A stretch of DNA of 64,000 bases from Sediminibacterium sp. (lineage in GTDB: Bacteria > Bacteroidota > Bacteroidia > Chitinophagales > Chitinophagaceae): assembly GCA_040403945.1 (NCBI GenBank), contig JBBAJQ010000002.1, positions 9,300 to 73,299 on the forward strand. The letters run 5' to 3'. The position numbers were made by a program, and so were the translations under genes. Below, piece by piece: positions 63,424-64,000 of the stretch (within the stretch, counting starts at the first letter, position 1; each line of letters starts with the position of its first letter). The notes under the pieces were generated by a model. It ran no database searches. It was not told the DNA's origin and saw nothing but the letters and a program-made list of their open reading frames with translations.

Positions 63424-64000
63424 ATGCACGAAACAATTACTATTATAAAGATCGGGGGACAGGTGCTGGATAGTGAATCAAAGCTTGCCTTGTTTCTTGC
63501 GCAATTTGTACAATTGCCGGGAAAAAAAATATTAGTGCACGGCGGGGGTAAACTCGCCACCACCTTGGCAGAGAAAATGGGGGTACAGCAGCAAATGGTT
63601 GAAGGCAGGCGCATTACGGATAGCGAAACCTTACGAATTGTAACCATGGTATATGCCGGGTATATCAATAAAAATCTGGTGGCTTTACTAAATGCGCAGG
63701 GTTGTTCGAGTATCGGATTGTGTGGGGCGGATGCGTCGTTAATAACAGCGCACAAGCGGCAACATCCTTCTATAGATTTTGGATGGGTAGGTGATATTGA
63801 TTCGGTAAACGAACAATTCGTATCGAATTTACTTTCACAAGGATTAACGCCGGTAATTGCCCCCATTACGGCAGATACTAGCGGACAGCTACTTAATACG
63901 AATGCGGATACTATAGCGGCTTCTCTGGCAACCGCGCTCTGCGAAAAATATTCGGTACAGCTGGTATATGCTTTTGAGCGAAGTGGGGTAATGCGTAACC
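63424..64000 (+). CDS. argB: Acetylglutamate kinase (5' part; runs off the window)
   Basis: Absent from the ORF track because there is no stop codon. My translation is MHETITIIKIGGQVLDSE...LVHGGG...EGRRITD...NTNADT. Confidence 0.8.
   Translation, partial: MHETITIIKIGGQVLDSESKLALFLAQFVQLPGKKILVHGGGKLATTLAEKMGVQQQMVEGRRITDSETLRIVTMVYAGYINKNLVALLNAQGCSSIGLCGADASLITAHKRQHPSIDFGWVGDIDSVNEQFVSNLLSQGLTPVIAPITADTSGQLLNTNADTIAASLATALCEKYSVQLVYAFERSGVMRN

Overview
This window reads as an ordinary chromosomal core region of a Bacteroidota genome, probably Chitinophagia or Sphingobacteriia-like. The taxon call rests on the TAnnTTTG -7 promoter boxes, ribosomal protein bTHX, a fused CcoN-CcoO, a split MetH and an arg operon with a GNAT gene plus argF'. 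GC content looks like roughly 40-45% by eye.

Gene content, in order:
- A surface-glycan cluster: O-antigen-ligase-like gene, a GT4, two GT2 genes, and meaB.
- A Tat-signal PLP enzyme, bTHX, HU and xth.
- An AT-rich orphan secreted protein, a LOG-family protein and a two-gene methionine synthase.
- YceI, recR, a GHL10-like protein and a radical SAM/SPASM protein.
- A complete Fnr-associated cbb3 oxidase cluster: fnr-like, hemerythrin-like, ccoI, ccoS, ccoNO, ccoQ, ccoP, ccoG, ccoH and a DsbD_2-like gene.
- gcvH, serS, an ECF sigma/anti-sigma/beta-barrel module and a futalosine-pathway radical SAM enzyme.
- Three proteases, then a small-ORF/PadR/PspC module, gcvT, a short ssb and comB.
- A 1256-aa double-SWIM SNF2 helicase, a YHS lipoprotein and a large beta-barrel OMP.
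- The 5' part of a Bacteroidetes-type arginine operon: GNAT, argG, argC, argD, argF' and a partial argB.

I saw no rRNA, tRNA, CRISPR array, transposase, integrase or phage block, and no convincing multi-gene defence island. Four real genes are missing from the ORF track: bTHX, ccoQ and the two genes truncated by the window edges.

The most interesting leads are regulatory and none is proven:
- A GC-rich, Arg-codon-dense uORF with a stem in front of the arg operon.
- A cluster of dyads and an unclassifiable 63-codon ORF ahead of padR-pspC.
- A roughly 150-nt structured leader on metH that matches no riboswitch I recognise.
- FNR-type boxes in the cco cluster.
- Repeat arrays upstream of hup and ssb.
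- A recurrent arrangement in which the -7 box abuts the start codon.
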